Positions 25,496 to 38,830 of a stretch of 64,000 bases of DNA are shown one piece after another. The notes under the pieces were generated by a model. It did no database searches and was not told the DNA's origin. It saw only the letters and a program-made list of their open reading frames with translations. Made by a program: the position numbers and the translations under genes. The DNA comes from Octopus bimaculoides (lineage: Eukaryota): contig NC_068994.1 in NCBI RefSeq assembly GCF_001194135.2, positions 53,290,318 through 53,354,317 on the forward strand, written 5' to 3'. Each line of letters begins with the position of its first letter. Position 1 is the stretch's first letter.

Positions 25496-26707
25496 ATAAT
25501 ACTTTGTTGGGTGCATGCATGCTCTTTTCAGTCAGAAATATTTTTGCAAAATTGCCGTATGTTACTCAGCAACAACCAGAAATGTTTGACAATGAATCGA
25601 ACAAGAAATTTATATACGGCCGTTCGACCTGGTAGAATTAGAAACTAAACACGCCTAAAATCCACAGCGTAACCTCTTGGGGGACAGTCATTGAACATAT
25701 TTCCTCGTAGGTTCGAATCTCGCGCTTGATACCAAAAAACAGGCCAACGAACAAAAGAGTATCTACTGGAGTGCTAGTAATAGCAACCAGCTATCTATCT
25801 AATCACACTCCACCGTTTTAAAAAGAAGATAATGTAGTTTAATGTAGCCGATTATGTGAGGGGAAACAAACGAAGAATAAATAGTCTCAGTACTTGACCG
25901 GTACTTCATTTACGAAGCCCGAAAGGATAAAAGTCAACCGCCGCAGCAGTTATCCTCCGCTCTTACATTTAGTCTTACATTCAGTGTTTATGAAGATCAT
26001 ATCATTTAAATGTATCGTCCTTTATTTTTATAACGGAAGAATATTTGAGGAGAATTTGCCTGCTGTTTCTAGCAGAATGTGGACGATGTAGTGGCTTCCT
26101 TGTTCGCTAAGAATTAAATTCTCAACATCATTTTTACTATCGATCATTTTGAGGGTTGATAAAAAAAGTTCTAGTTATATTCTTGGTTTGATCTAATTAT
26201 ATGTACCCCGGCAAAAAGTTGAGTCAAATACGTTGAGCATTTTACTTAACGTACAATTCAAATGCTTCGGACCAAAATTAACAATGATACAATGATTTGC
26301 TACCTGATACACCAAGACGGTTTTGGAGGACCGAACATTCTATGTTAAATGCAGCGGTGTTTGCAAAGAGAGCGTTTACTCTACGTCTGTTAGTTTGACT
26401 TCGAAAAATACGATACGAAGTTTACGCTTTGCGGTCATTTTTCAGGAAGTTGATTTCGCCTTTTATCTATTGAAGTCGCTGTTTGTTGAAATTTTTGGCT
26501 TTCTCTCTACGTTAAACATCAATATTATTCTTTCTTTACATTGTTTGCTTATTCGTCATTCCGCTGCGGCCATTCTAGGGCACCGACTTCAATGGTTTTT
26601 AAACGAACCAATCGATCATAGTCTCCTGTGCTTCTCGGTTTCTGGTCAAATCAATTATGTTAGTGGACATTAAAGAACATATGACACACACGAGTGCATT
26701 TTCATAT

Positions 26708-27060
26708 ATCTTTTTACTTATTTTAGCCATTTGACTGCAACCATGCTGGAGCAACGCATTGAAGAGTTTATCTGCACAAATCGAACCCATTATTTATCCT
26801 TTTAAAATCTCGTACTTATTCTATCGCTCTCTTATGTCAAACTGCCATGTTACGAGGATGCAAACAAAAGAAACATAAGTTAACACTTGGGATCAAGTAC
26901 ACGCGCGCGCATACATGTAAACGACATTAAACCAAATTCATTCACAAAGCTTTGGTCTATTTGAGGCTATAGTAGAAGACACCCAATGTGCCGTGCTGTG
27001 ATACTGAATTCGAAAGCACGTAGTTGCAAAACGAGGCAGTTAACCACAAGCTAGATCTGC
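26708..27060 (-). mobile_element. SINE family B, degenerate full length
   Basis: CATTTGACTGCAACCATGCTGGAGC..GTACTTATTCTATCG..GGCTATAGTAGAAGACAC. Confidence 0.75.
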
Positions 27061-27074
27061 ATCCTCTCTTTCTT

Positions 27075-27410
27075 CATGGTTCCGGTTTCGGACCTATGCG
27101 TGGCACCTTGGGCAAGTGTCTTCTACTATAGCCTCTGGCTGATCAAAGCCTTGTGAGTGGATTTGTTAGACGGAAACGGAAAGCCCGTCAAATTTGTGTG
27201 TCTGTGTATCTGTGCATGTTTTCCTCCGCCGATTGGTAACCGATATTGGTGTGTTTACGTCTCCATATATTAGTGGTTCGGCAAAATAGACCGGAAGAAT
27301 AAGTACCAGGCTTAAAAATCTTGGGTCGATTTGTTAGACTAAAACACTTCAAAGCTGTGCCCCAGTATGGCCGCGGTCAAATGACTAAAACAAGTAAATG
27401 ATAAAAGATA
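27075..27410 (+). mobile_element. SINE family B, near full length
   Basis: GCGTGGCACCTTGGGCAAGTGTCTTCTACTATAGCC..GAATAAGTACCAGGCTT..ATGGCCGCGGTCAAATGACT. Confidence 0.85.
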
Positions 27411-28699
27411 TAATTTTGATGTTAGTTCGAAGTTTAGGATTGCTCTCCTTCGTCAGACGCACACTCTTTCTATCTCACTCTCCGTGTGTCCTCGTGATGC
27501 AATTCCACACAGTTTAAGACGACTAAGTTCCACTGAAAAGTCGCCGTTCCTCCCAGGACCCTTGCTGGATAGATATACAGTACACTAGTTTTGAACCCGA
27601 AACCACATATTTGCCAGGTCGGCTACTTTACCGCATAGCCATGCCTGCGCCTCTGCTGGTCTTTTGCCAGAATGATAAACTGATAAACTGAGCAGCTTTT
27701 GTAAATGGTTCCTTGTAATATTGGCCAGTGACACTTTGTATGTAGAGAATGTGTGACCCGACAGTTCGACTCACGAAACGCCCTCTCTCCATTATCACAC
27801 CACTTCCAAAATATTATCTTTTATTGGCAATCTTCCCTGAATTTTCCATTTGATCTTCTCAGCTATCTTTAACAGGAGAGAAAATCCGAATTCATCCAAA
27901 ACGATAACATTTTTAGAGAGAAATTGAGATACATTTCTTCGAATAGTTGAAGAGAAATGTTTTCTGTCTGTAAAAAAAAAAAATGTTTTAACACAAATAT
28001 CATTGATTTCTTTAAATGTAACTTCAATAATATAAGAAGTTACTTAATATGAGAAAGCGAGAAAGCTCTAATCGATTGGAATTTGCTGCAATACTTAGAT
28101 GGAATTTATTCTATCAACCTTTGATGGAACACGGGTAAGTCGGCTACCAGGTACATGTCGATGTTTCCACAAAAAGCTATAAGAGAAAGAAAGCTAAATA
28201 TCTCAATCCCGTTCTACCGAATCTGATTTCCATTGTCCTTTTAATACAGAACCCTAACCATAACCGTCATTCGCCAGCGACTTGGTAGTACGTACCATGC
28301 CTTCGATAATTATTTTAAGGATCCTTATGTAATACATAGAAATCCTCTTGGTTAGACGCTGCGAAACATCCAGGATGTGACATTTTGAGGGAGATAGTTA
28401 CCTTCACTCTACTTATTTCAACTGATTAATCAGAAACAATGTGGAACGAGGTACTTTGCTCAAAGACACAATGCGCTGTTCAATCCAAGAATGAAACCCA
28501 AGCATTTATGTCAGTGAGTCCAAAACACTAACTAGGTGCGTTCACGCATGAAAACAATACGCAAATATGGAACAACTTTTAAAAACGTATTTTGGGTGAG
28601 AAAAAAAATAAGAAACCCGTCCACAGGTATCTCAAACCTTCTCTTCCCAATATTCATTAAAATACATCGAGTTTTAGTCGTCACTTAACTTAACAGACA

Positions 28700-28915
28700 C
28701 GCGTACCTTTAACATAGTTCCCAAAGCAATTCAATGCTACACGGAATGTGACAAGCCTGCCCCTTTGAAATACGGGTACTACTCATGTTGCCAGCGAACT
28801 GGACTGTAACAAAGTACACTAAAGTGTCTTGCTCAAGGAAAGAACGCGCCGCCGGGAATCGAATTCATGAACTTGGGAGCGTGAGCTGAACACCGTAACC
28901 ACGGAGCGGCCCACC
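28700..28915 (-). mobile_element. SINE family C; another decayed copy at about 28400-28545
   Basis: AAAGTGTCTTGCTCAAGG..AACGCG..GGGAATCGAA..TAACCAC is the reverse of the C head; homologous to 33175-33437. Confidence 0.6.
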
Positions 28916-29284
28916 TTTACTAAGGTAAATACACGTTAATTCAGGAGCAGGTAATTCAGTTGAAAAATAAACTGAAAGCCGATGGTCAGAAGTTCCGAAA
29001 TATCTTTTTGCCTCGAGCGAACCTGCGATCTGTTAATGAGATAAAGTTGGCGGAAACCGCATCAAGCTGAGGTCAGTAGAAAGGAATCCTGACTGCAAAG
29101 GAGCCGCGGTCTGTCACACAAAGCTTTGTGAGTGGATTTGGCAGACGGAAACTGAAAAGAAGCTCATCGTGTATGTATGTATGTATGTATGTATGTATGT
29201 GTGTCTGTCTGTGTATTTACACAGACGGACGTATGTATTTANNNNNNNNNNAAACTCAATATTTTATATCTCATTGTGTGTGTG

Positions 29285-29320
<36 letters not shown>

Positions 29321-30102
29321 CAAACATGTGTGTGTATATGTGTAGACACATAAATGTATATACATACATATTTAATAAGAAAAATACATGAATATATTTA
29401 ACTAAAGACATTTAATTATACATGTGCATGTATGTGTGTCCGTATGTGTTCATATATAGAGAGAGAGCTCGAGAGATAAATAGATATCGTTATTTACTCA
29501 GACATCCACAAGAGTGTCTGTGTGTATGTGTTCCAGCATTATTTTTATCAGCTATTTTTTTTTACTCTTTGACAAAAAGCTTTTATCAGCAATAAACAAA
29601 GCAATAATAATAAAATTTATCATTATTATTATATTACTACTACTACTATTATTATTATTATTATCATTCTTTGTTGTTACTATCGCTGATATTATAAGCT
29701 GTCAACTGATGTTATCTTCACTGTTTAATAAGCAACTATCTTCGATCACGCCTCGTACCTGCCAGATACATGCATTGGCGTATGCGCATGCGTATGTGTG
29801 TTTTCTGTATTCTACGTTTTTTGTTGCTTTAGTTGCAACTTNNNNNNNNNNTGTATCTGTGTTCGCGCGTTTGAATACGTGTATACATACATATGTGTGT
29901 GCACCTGTGTGTTTGTTCCTATATGTGTATATATGTATGTATGTATATATATATATATATATAATGTGTGTGTGCGTGTATACAGTATGCATTATATATA
30001 TACATTATATATATATAGAGAGAGAGAGACACACAGACAGACAGACAGACAGAGTGGTGGGAGCTACTATGCGAGTGCGTATTTGTATTCGAATGTGTAT
30101 GT

Positions 30103-30730
30103 GATCCGGAAGCCTGGTCTCGGCGCCTTCCAGTTGCCCTCTTTTTTCTTTTTCTTTTTTTTTTTTTTTTTTTGCTGATTTCCTTCACTTCCCTAAATGT
30201 TTTGGACAGACTACTGTTTGTTTCAGTTCTTGCAACCATTCAGCATCCTTCTTTAACTCCTTGTCGTTGGTCCAGATGTCACTCCGAAACCTTTTACTTT
30301 CAATGTTATCTGGGATCAATTTTTCATCTATACACTCTCCATTTATTTCTTTGTAGAGTCTCTTCTAATCTACTCTGAATAACCTATTCTGCTGGTATCC
30401 CTTCATTCTTTGGTCGTATCATACCATCTTTGCTTTATTTGCAACGAGGTGCTGTTTCAGTACCTCCATTACCACTTTCAGACCCTTACTTTCAATATCA
30501 TACTTTCTATTCAGTGCCCGGTATTCTTGTTCGCTTCTAAGCTTCCCCTTTTCTTTTCAGTCTAATACAGAAACTCCTTCGAGAGCACATCTAACCCCGC
30601 CTGTATTCTTCTTTTCCACCATGGATCTTTTCTTTTGTCACTTCCATTATATTTCATTTTCTTATCAACACCCACATTTTCTGCTACAACAAAATTTGCT
30701 GCCTTGATCAAACTATTTGTTTCTTTAATA
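30103..30730 (-). pseudogene. R4/Dong-clade non-LTR retrotransposon ORF relic (pre-RT region)
   Basis: ETNSLIKAA..DPWWKRRI..RKYDIESKGLKVVMEVLKQ..QQNRLFRVD..LYKEING..DIW..KDAEWLQEL..EVKEISK..NWKAP, matching R4/Dong consensus motifs as I recall them. Confidence 0.8.
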
Positions 30731-32789
30731 TGTATATGAGAAAAGGACGCAGGCATATATTTTTATCTCGCCATATTTTAGATTCGTCCCTTCTGGATTC
30801 TGAGATCGAATTCCTACGGTAGTCCTACGTAATCCTTTATTCACCCAGAGTCGGTTAGTAGACTAATCATTACCAGGTTATATACTGAGTCGATAAGGCT
30901 CTAATCACGCATGCTCATGTTTCATGAGCGACGTGAATTAAGAAATACTACATTATCATCATTGTCCTCCCCCTCTTCCTCATCATCATCAGTATATCAT
31001 GTTAATCTCTATATCATTATCTTTACATTATAAGCATCAGTCATTTCAATATCACTACAAATCCATCATCATTGTCATCACCGTCGTTGTTGTTATCATC
31101 ACTACAAAACAATCTTTTCGACATCATCTTCACAACCATTTCGTCATTTAATTATTGTCATCACCACAACATTATCATCATCATCTTTACTGCATCTTCG
31201 TCAATACATCCCCATAATCTACATCACAAAATTATCATCCCTATACTGTCACTTCATCTCTCGTCGCTACATTATTTTAACATCATCACCACCATGTCAT
31301 CATCGCATATTCATCATCACAACGTAAACCTCATCATTATTTTTATCAGCTACATTCATGTAATACACGAACGTTATGTTAAAATACTATAATTATGAAA
31401 CAAAAATAAAAACTGGAATTAGGTGAGACTAACAATCAACTTCAGAAAATCAAATTTACAAGTTTTAAAGACCAAATCCACTCTTTTTTTTGCTCTGCAC
31501 TGACCAAAAATTTCCATCAACTATTCTTAATGGAGTTACTTCCCTTGGTTAGTTCATGTTTTAAACACCACCATTAGAGAAAATTTTGTCCACTAAATTA
31601 CTTGGATAATTTCATTTCTAAAACGAAAGCGTGTGATTTGAATGCGAAATAGCCACATTTCGCCTAAAGATCACAGTAACGTAAAACTCGTTGTCGCGTG
31701 ACATTCTGTTTCAGTTTCAATACGATATGTACTCAGTAGTTCTTCTTTATTCGTTTGTCATAAAGCAATGTACGTACACACACGCATATATATATATTGA
31801 TGTGAGTGAGTGAGTGAGTGAGTGAGTGAGTGAGTGTGACTGTCTATGTTGATTCACTTTCCTTTTTGTCCAATAGTTGCCTATACAATAAAATCCATAG
31901 ACATGACTAAAGTAAGTACTGGCAGTAAATATCAGCGACTAAACCCTTGAAAACAGCGCTCCAGCTTGGCCATAGTCTGGTGACTGAAATCAGTAAACTA
32001 ACAAGAGTAAATTATCGCCGTCTGCTTTAGAAGTGTCCTCAAGTTTCCATTGTACCTGAAATTAATCTTAAGTCTGACGATGGGCGGTCGTTTGACGAAG
32101 TCTCTCCTCATTACAAACTAGTTATTGAGTGAAACATTTACCACGACGATGGATCGATTTTGCCTGATTGAACATCCGCTCAGCATCATTTATTAATGGA
32201 CTGGTGTATCAGACAATTGCCACATCACATAGATAAATTATTCTTATTAAAATAAAGCATTAACCTATTGTACATGACTTAAACACACACAGACAAGATT
32301 ACGTATACACACACACATAAACACTAATATAGATAGATAGATAGATAGATAGATAGTCTAGGCGTGTATATTTGTTTATTACGTGTCTTGTCTTAAAGGT
32401 TTATAGCTTGGACTCGATGATTTTCACTAAAACCGGGGAAGGCATTAACACAGCATAGGCGCGTTTCGTTAATTTTCATTAAAAGAAAAAAAAAGAATAC
32501 CTGCATTGTTATTTTTATTTTTTTAATTAGTCCTCAGAGTTACTAGACTGCGGCCAGGCTTAAGCAATGCCTCCGAGAGCTTACCCTCTCGGATTGACTA
32601 GAGTAATTTTTTTCTTTCAATCAGATATTTAATCTCAGCTCGGATATGGGATATGACTGGGGCACCAACACAAAATGGTGTTGAGACCAATATGAATATG
32701 AATGCACATACACACACACTCGCACAGTCTCGCTGACTATCAATGGTGCTTCAGTTCGTTCTAATACTATTCAGACGGCAAAGCTCCAC

Positions 32790-33050
32790 TAGCTTCCTGT
32801 CCAGTCACGCTGTCCAAGAAATTCAGACTAGGATCGATCTCTATTTTGATCGATTCTATATCGCCGATTTTTAATATTATTTTCAGTAACACCATGTGAT
32901 CCGTCCCAACCGATAGCAGCCCAGTTTCCAGTGTCCGACTTGGACTGCCTGCAATCCCCAACCACTGTAAATTGGCATTCAAATATCTTATCTGCATGAT
33001 CAGTTGATCAAACTTACCTGTGGACTGTATGTTGTTGACACAAGACATCA
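32790..33050 (-). pseudogene. Possible RTE-type apurinic endonuclease N-terminal relic
   Basis: ORF 32767..33054 has N..STGKFDQL..RYLN..LGI, resembling RTE NVR..GKL..RL..ILGI. Confidence 0.35.
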
Positions 33051-33174
33051 CCATTTCTCTTGAATTCCAAATTTAATACAGTCTTCATTTTTCAGCTGTG
33101 CCAGCACTAAGAGCTGTATAACCAGTTTCAGTCATCATTATCCCTTTAGCATTCAGATGACTCTGTCAAATGTA

Positions 33175-33437
33175 GAGCAAGACACTTTATTTCGCCCTTC
33201 TCCAATTCACTCGGCTTGAAAAAAATTAGTTGTACCCGTAATTCAAAGACCTAGCCTTGCCACATTCAGCAGGTGTCTGTATAAATAACGATATCTGTCT
33301 GTCTCTCGAGCTGAGAACTACGTTAAGGGTACCCGTATCTGTGGAGTGCTCAGCCACCTGCACGTTAATTCTAGGAGCAGGCAGTTCCATTGATCGGATC
33401 AGCTGGAACCTCCGTCGTCGTAACCGACGGAGTTGCC
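33175..33437 (+). mobile_element. SINE family C body and tail
   Basis: GAGCAAGACACTTTATTTC..CGTTAAGGGTAC..GTGGAGTGCTCAGCCAC..GATCGGATCAGCTGGAACC..CGTCGTAACCGACGGAG. Confidence 0.65.
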
Positions 33438-34456
33438 TGTTTATGCTATTGTCCTTGATCTCAGAGAGATTGGAACTGAGAACAAGCAGATACTGACCAA
33501 TTATCTCGAGACATTTAATTCTACGATCTGTTTTCTATTTTCTACCGTCTACCCATTCTTAACATACTGACAATAATCGACAGAATAAGCTTGTTCGATT
33601 TAGGAACACTAACACGTATTGTTCGTCTATTATTTTTCACTCATGGTTATATCAATTATTAATGCGTTCGCGCATGCGTGGTCTTTAGAATTCTTTCTTC
33701 GTATGTGTGTCTATGTGTGCGTGAATTTGCGCATGCATGAATGCATATTATTCTTATAGTGTTTACGTAGTATAATGTGTATGTAATGTAATTTCCATAG
33801 AATATAATCAGTTTTACGTAAACTGCAGCGAACTTAACATCAGCTAACATTAGTCTTGTCATATCTCACGGGAAACTCATCGTGTTACATTCGCACCTCT
33901 TTTGTCATCTTATCCATCCATCTGTCTTTCTCTTTTGGATTCGAGCTCCCTTTTCTCTGTTTCTCTCTCTTTCTCTCGAGCTATCTATCTACATATCTCT
34001 CTATTTATTTCTTCTTTTATCTATAGAACTATGAGTCTCTGTGTATATGTCTTTGTAGGAAGATAGCAATGATTCTGTCTCTATATATCTTGTAATTTAG
34101 GTGCCGACCTGCTAATACTATCTCTCTCATTCTCTTATATTCCTCTACCTGGCCTCAGTGTGTCATTAAGCACTAAATTTATATATTCCTACGTCCCCGA
34201 TATTTCTTACATATGTCCTCAGCCTGTCAGTATTACCATTCACAAGTCTCTTCTTGTGCTGGTCGTTCTCTTTTTGGCCTTGTCACAGGTGTGATATGGA
34301 CGTTAGGCCGCTCGATCGAGGTGAAGCAATAGCGGTTTAGCGAGCTGATTTCTACACACGAAGACCAAATTCTGCGAGAACGAAACTAAGTTCCTGAATT
34401 TGCTTAGCACCTGATGATTTGACTTTTCCGCTGTGTAATGGCAGTATAACAAACTC

Positions 34457-34528
34457 GATAAATAATTTGTAGTATATGAGGAGAAAATATATGATAAATG
34501 ATTCGTAGTATATGAGGAGAAAATATAG
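34457..34528. repeat. 36-bp tandem duplication
   Basis: GATAAATAATTTGTAGTATATGAGGAGAAAATATAT is followed by GATAAATGATTCGTAGTATATGAGGAGAAAATATAG. Confidence 0.9.
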
Positions 34529-35196
34529 GAGGGGAAAAATGATGCAATTTTATCTAAAACAATTTATTTAAACAAATCTTAAATTAGAATTGCTATAATT
34601 CAAATGTTTATGAATTAATTTCTGTCCGTGCGTTTAATCTCCTAGTGATTGCGAATGCAGTGATAATGTTTGATCGTATAATCGGTTGACACAGACACAC
34701 AGCGTGTGTGTAAAATACATATAATATATATCTATCANNNNNNNNNNNNNNNNNNNNNNNNNNNNNNNNNNNNNNNNNNNNNNNNNNNNNNNNNNNNNNN
34801 NNNNNNNNNNNNNNNNNNNNNNNNNNNNNNNNNNNNNNNNNNNNNNNNNNNNNNNNNNNNNNNNNNNNNNNNNNNNNNNNNNNNNNNNNNNNNNNNNNNN
34901 NNNNNNNNNNNNNNNNNNNNNNNNNNNNNNNNNNNNNNNNNNNNNNNNNNNNNNNNNNNNNNNNNNNNNNNNNNNNNNNNNNNNNNNNNNNNNNNNNNNN
35001 NNNNNNNNNNNNNNNNNNNNNNNNNNNNNNNNNNNNNNNNNNNNNNNNNNNNNNNNNNNNNNNNNNNNNNNNNNNNNNNNNNNNNNNNNNNNNNNNNNNN
35101 NNNNNNNNNNNNNNNNNNNNNNNNNNNNNNNNNNNNNNNNNNNNNNNNNNNNNNNNNNNNNNNNNNNNNNNNNNNNNNNNNNNNNNNNNNNNNNNN

Positions 35197-35240
<44 letters not shown>

Positions 35241-35839
35241 TGTGTATGTGAACTGCAATGAGGACACCAGTTTGACAAATGAATTTAATTCTTAATTCTA
35301 CCTCAGTTCATCTAATTGAATTTCACTTCCAAAATAAGTGAAGCGTTCAACTACATCGACGTTTTCACATGTAAGACAGACAGATGAGGTGGAGTCTGCT
35401 AAGAAGCCATTGAAGGACTAGATCTTTGTCTTGGCCCAAGAGACTCTAAGGCCTAGTGGTTCTGATTCCCCACTCAATAGAAGGAAAGCGCTCCTGAAGA
35501 TATCCAGAGACTCAGCAAGAATAACTGTGTCACCACTGAAATCTAGGAATTACATTTGATTGTAATACATCAAGAGAACTTACGACTTGTCGAACTCCCT
35601 AGAGTATACCAACAAAGTACTATTGAAAGTAACGCGTGATTTGTACCAGCCTCTTACGCGCTAAATACTTCTGGGTTGGACTTTTCTGTGTACACTAACC
35701 AAATATCCTATCTGATGTTTCGACACTCACCAACCAAAGGCCTGAACCACAGATTACCCAACCTAGTGCATACCTTCCCAAGTACCAGATCTCTCCTCAT
35801 CTTATATATATACAGACACATACATATCTGGCCTCCGCA

Positions 35840-35967
35840 CAGATTCTGCCAACCAAATCATCTCAAGGCTATAGTAGAGGAGAGTTGCCCACGGTTCTAC
35901 GCAGTGGGTCTGAAGCAGTAAACTTATTGCAAAACGTGGATCTTGATCACAGGCATGCCTGCGCCCA
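35840..35967 (-). mobile_element. SINE family B head, degenerate
   Basis: AAGGCTATAGTAGAGGAGAGTTGCCCACGG..GCAGTGGG..CATGCCTGCGCC. Confidence 0.6.
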
Positions 35968-36212
35968 TATATATATATATATATATATANNNNNNNNNNN
36001 NNNNNNNNNNNNNNNNNNNNNNNNNNNNNNNNNNNNNNNNNNNNNNNNNNNNNNNNNNNNNNNNNNNNNNNNNNNNNNNNNNNNNNNNNNNNNNNNNNNN
36101 NNNNNNNNNNNNNNNNNNNNNNNNNNNNNNNNNNNNNNNNNNNNNNNNNNNNNNNNNNNNNNNNNNNNNNNNNNNNNNNNNNNNNNNNNNNNNNNNNNNN
36201 NNNNNNNNNNNN

Positions 36213-36262
<50 letters not shown>

Positions 36263-36310
36263 GAGAGAGAGACTTACATATATACATTTATATTGTATAT
36301 TTATAAATAC

Positions 36311-36344
<34 letters not shown>

Positions 36345-37633
36345 CGTACATACACTCGTATATAAACACGAGAGAGAGAGCGTGTGTATGAGAGAAAGAG
36401 AGATCTTATGCGGTGCGTGTAAGAGAGAGCGAACTTGTCTATTTTAGTATGTACATAAATCAACTTCTTCGGCATCCGAACTTTAAAACTTAACAAACCA
36501 TAAATGCTGCAACATTTAATTAACTGCAATATTTATGGAATCTATCTAAGTTGTCAACAATCAAAATTTACAATAAAGCAATAATTTTGAAGTTGCCTCA
36601 TTAAAATTTCACCTTAAACTCTGATTAATGAAGTTCCAATAAACAGAAACTACATGTGATGTTTAAAAATCTGTTCAGCTTCTGCATAAAGGGCAGACAA
36701 GGTGTGGGAGTGTAAACCTGTTTGATTTGAAGCACCACAAAAGAAAGTGCGAGACAGGCACGCACGCTGGTTGGTTGGTTGGTCGGTTGTGATAAACTGC
36801 TTTCTGTAAAACGTTGTGTAATTTTGGCTTCATAAGTGAATAGAAATTCGTCATTTGAGAAACAGGAGAGAGTATTTTACTGGGCCAAAGCCAATAGATG
36901 GGATTTGAAGTCAGTTCTGTAATATGCGAATCCACGACCTATTTACTCTGATTAGGTATAGTCATAACTAGTCGATCGATGGGACAGGGTGTCATGTGTC
37001 TGTAAGAAGACCCTCAGCAGTGGAACCTCTTTAGAGCCAAGCAAACTAGGTCACTGAGATTTAAGCTACTTTCATCACTATACAGCGCAGTGCTTTAGCT
37101 CAACCCGAAACACCAACCTTTCAAAACTTCGATCGATAGCTTTATTGATTAAATTGTATTGTTTCAGCAGATTAACGAAATTCATTTTCCATTTGACTTT
37201 CTTTTGTTTTGTTGTTTTTAAGATAAACAAAAAACAAGAATGTTGGCAGCGTCTTTGACTATTCGGAGATGCTCCGATAGTAACAGAAAGGGAAATAACA
37301 CGAAGATTTAGATGCATGTAATAAGCGGGTCTGTTAAAGACACCCAACGGGTACATTATAGTGTTTATTCGGTCCAGTCAATTATATCTACCACCTAAGA
37401 TTTGTGGTAATGCTGTTCGGTTTCTGGCGTGTTTCGATCATGCACAAGCCTTGGATCGGCGGGAGAAGCCACATTTCCTATGTGCCATAAAGTGGTTCCG
37501 AACTTGAAACTTCTTAATCATATGGTTATGTATGTGCCTGTTATCCTTGTTTGTTTTTAGATCTTATCACCTTGTTAAAGTCAAAAATTCTAAAACGATA
37601 CTAACAGCTTAGATGCAAATATGTTATGAAAAG

Positions 37634-37846
37634 TTTGTGTCTAGTGAGAATCATTAAGTCAATTTTAGTAACACACGCACTGGTTCAATTCCACTTCTTT
37701 ATTATTAGTCCTTTATTATTGTTTGCAACCAAGTTAAACAATCGATTAATTAGTTGGATATTTAAACCAATTGACTAATAATAAAGGAGTGGAATTGAAA
37801 AAGTGTGTGTTATTAATATTGGCGTAATGACTCTCCCTAGACACAA
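37634..37846. mobile_element. Second foldback element, related to 20048-20325
   Basis: Arms TTTGTGTCTAGTGAGAATCATT..TTCAATTCCACTTCTTTATTATTAGTC / GACTAATAATAAAGGAGTGGAATTGAA..AATGACTCTCCCTAGACACAA; it has the same right-hand extension. Confidence 0.75.
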
Positions 37847-38479
37847 TAAAATATGCTTCAACAAACGAATTCACATAAAGAACCTTGCAAACCAAATACA
37901 AAAACGAAATCCTATGAAAAGTTAAGAATATATAAAAGCTAAAGATGCAGCTGGTTTAACTTATATTCATATAATCAAAATATGCCATCATTAACGCATC
38001 AATGATGTAAAGCATTTATATGGATGAGAAACTGAAACCTTCACACACACCAAGGTGATATGTACTTTATAAATAAAACAAATAACAATAAATCCTAATA
38101 GATAATATAAATACCAATTTGAGATAGAAAATAGCAACAGACTCACTAACGAGACCAGATATCTGTATTTATGGCTTACTGGGTGATCACATTGGAGATT
38201 ATCAGCTCCTCTGCAGAATTCTTGCTAATCCAGTTTCTAAACTTAGCTACAACAAATTGTTTCTTCGCTTTTAATTATACAAACTGATAGTTCCATAATA
38301 CCATATTTCACTTAACGCTACGTAATAGTGCCCCCCCCCAGCGTAGTTCAGTGTTTGCGATATGATGTGAGTCCATAAATTATGGACAAAAGCATGGGTA
38401 CAAGCATTGAAGAATGTGATAAATATAGGCAATTTAAACATGTTGCTAAATCGGGTTATTATCAATAGATGACTGGTGA

Positions 38480-38604
38480 TAGCGATTTCAAATAAGGCGT
38501 GCGACCGTGAGTTATTAGAATTAACACCTAAAACTGGATCGCAAATTCGGCTTACAACGAGTGCACGCCTGAAATGTTAAAATATCCAGCGTTTAATTTC
38601 ACAC

Positions 38605-38642
<38 letters not shown>

Positions 38643-38830
38643 GTTCGTTTGTTCGTTCGTTCGTGTGCACTCAGAGGTGGAAAGACCTTCGCTGCGGGAA
38701 ACTGTGACAGCACGCCATTGTGCTATGAATGACGTCATCGGACCGTTTGGATAATTACTACTTCCGTGGTTCTGCTTTCGCTATGAAACATATGTAGCCT
38801 GGATTTTATCATCTCTATCCCCGAACTTTG
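38480..38830. promoter_or_regulatory. CpG-rich, promoter-like island
   Basis: CGCCATT (YY1-like, 38713), TGACGTCA (CRE, 38730) and ACTTCCG (ETS-like, 38760) lie within 55 bp. Motif evidence only. Confidence 0.3.

Noticed and set aside
34457-34528. 36-37-bp direct repeats here and at 42395 as CRISPR-like arrays
   Set aside because: Adjacent tandem copies without unique spacers, no cas genes, and a eukaryotic context.
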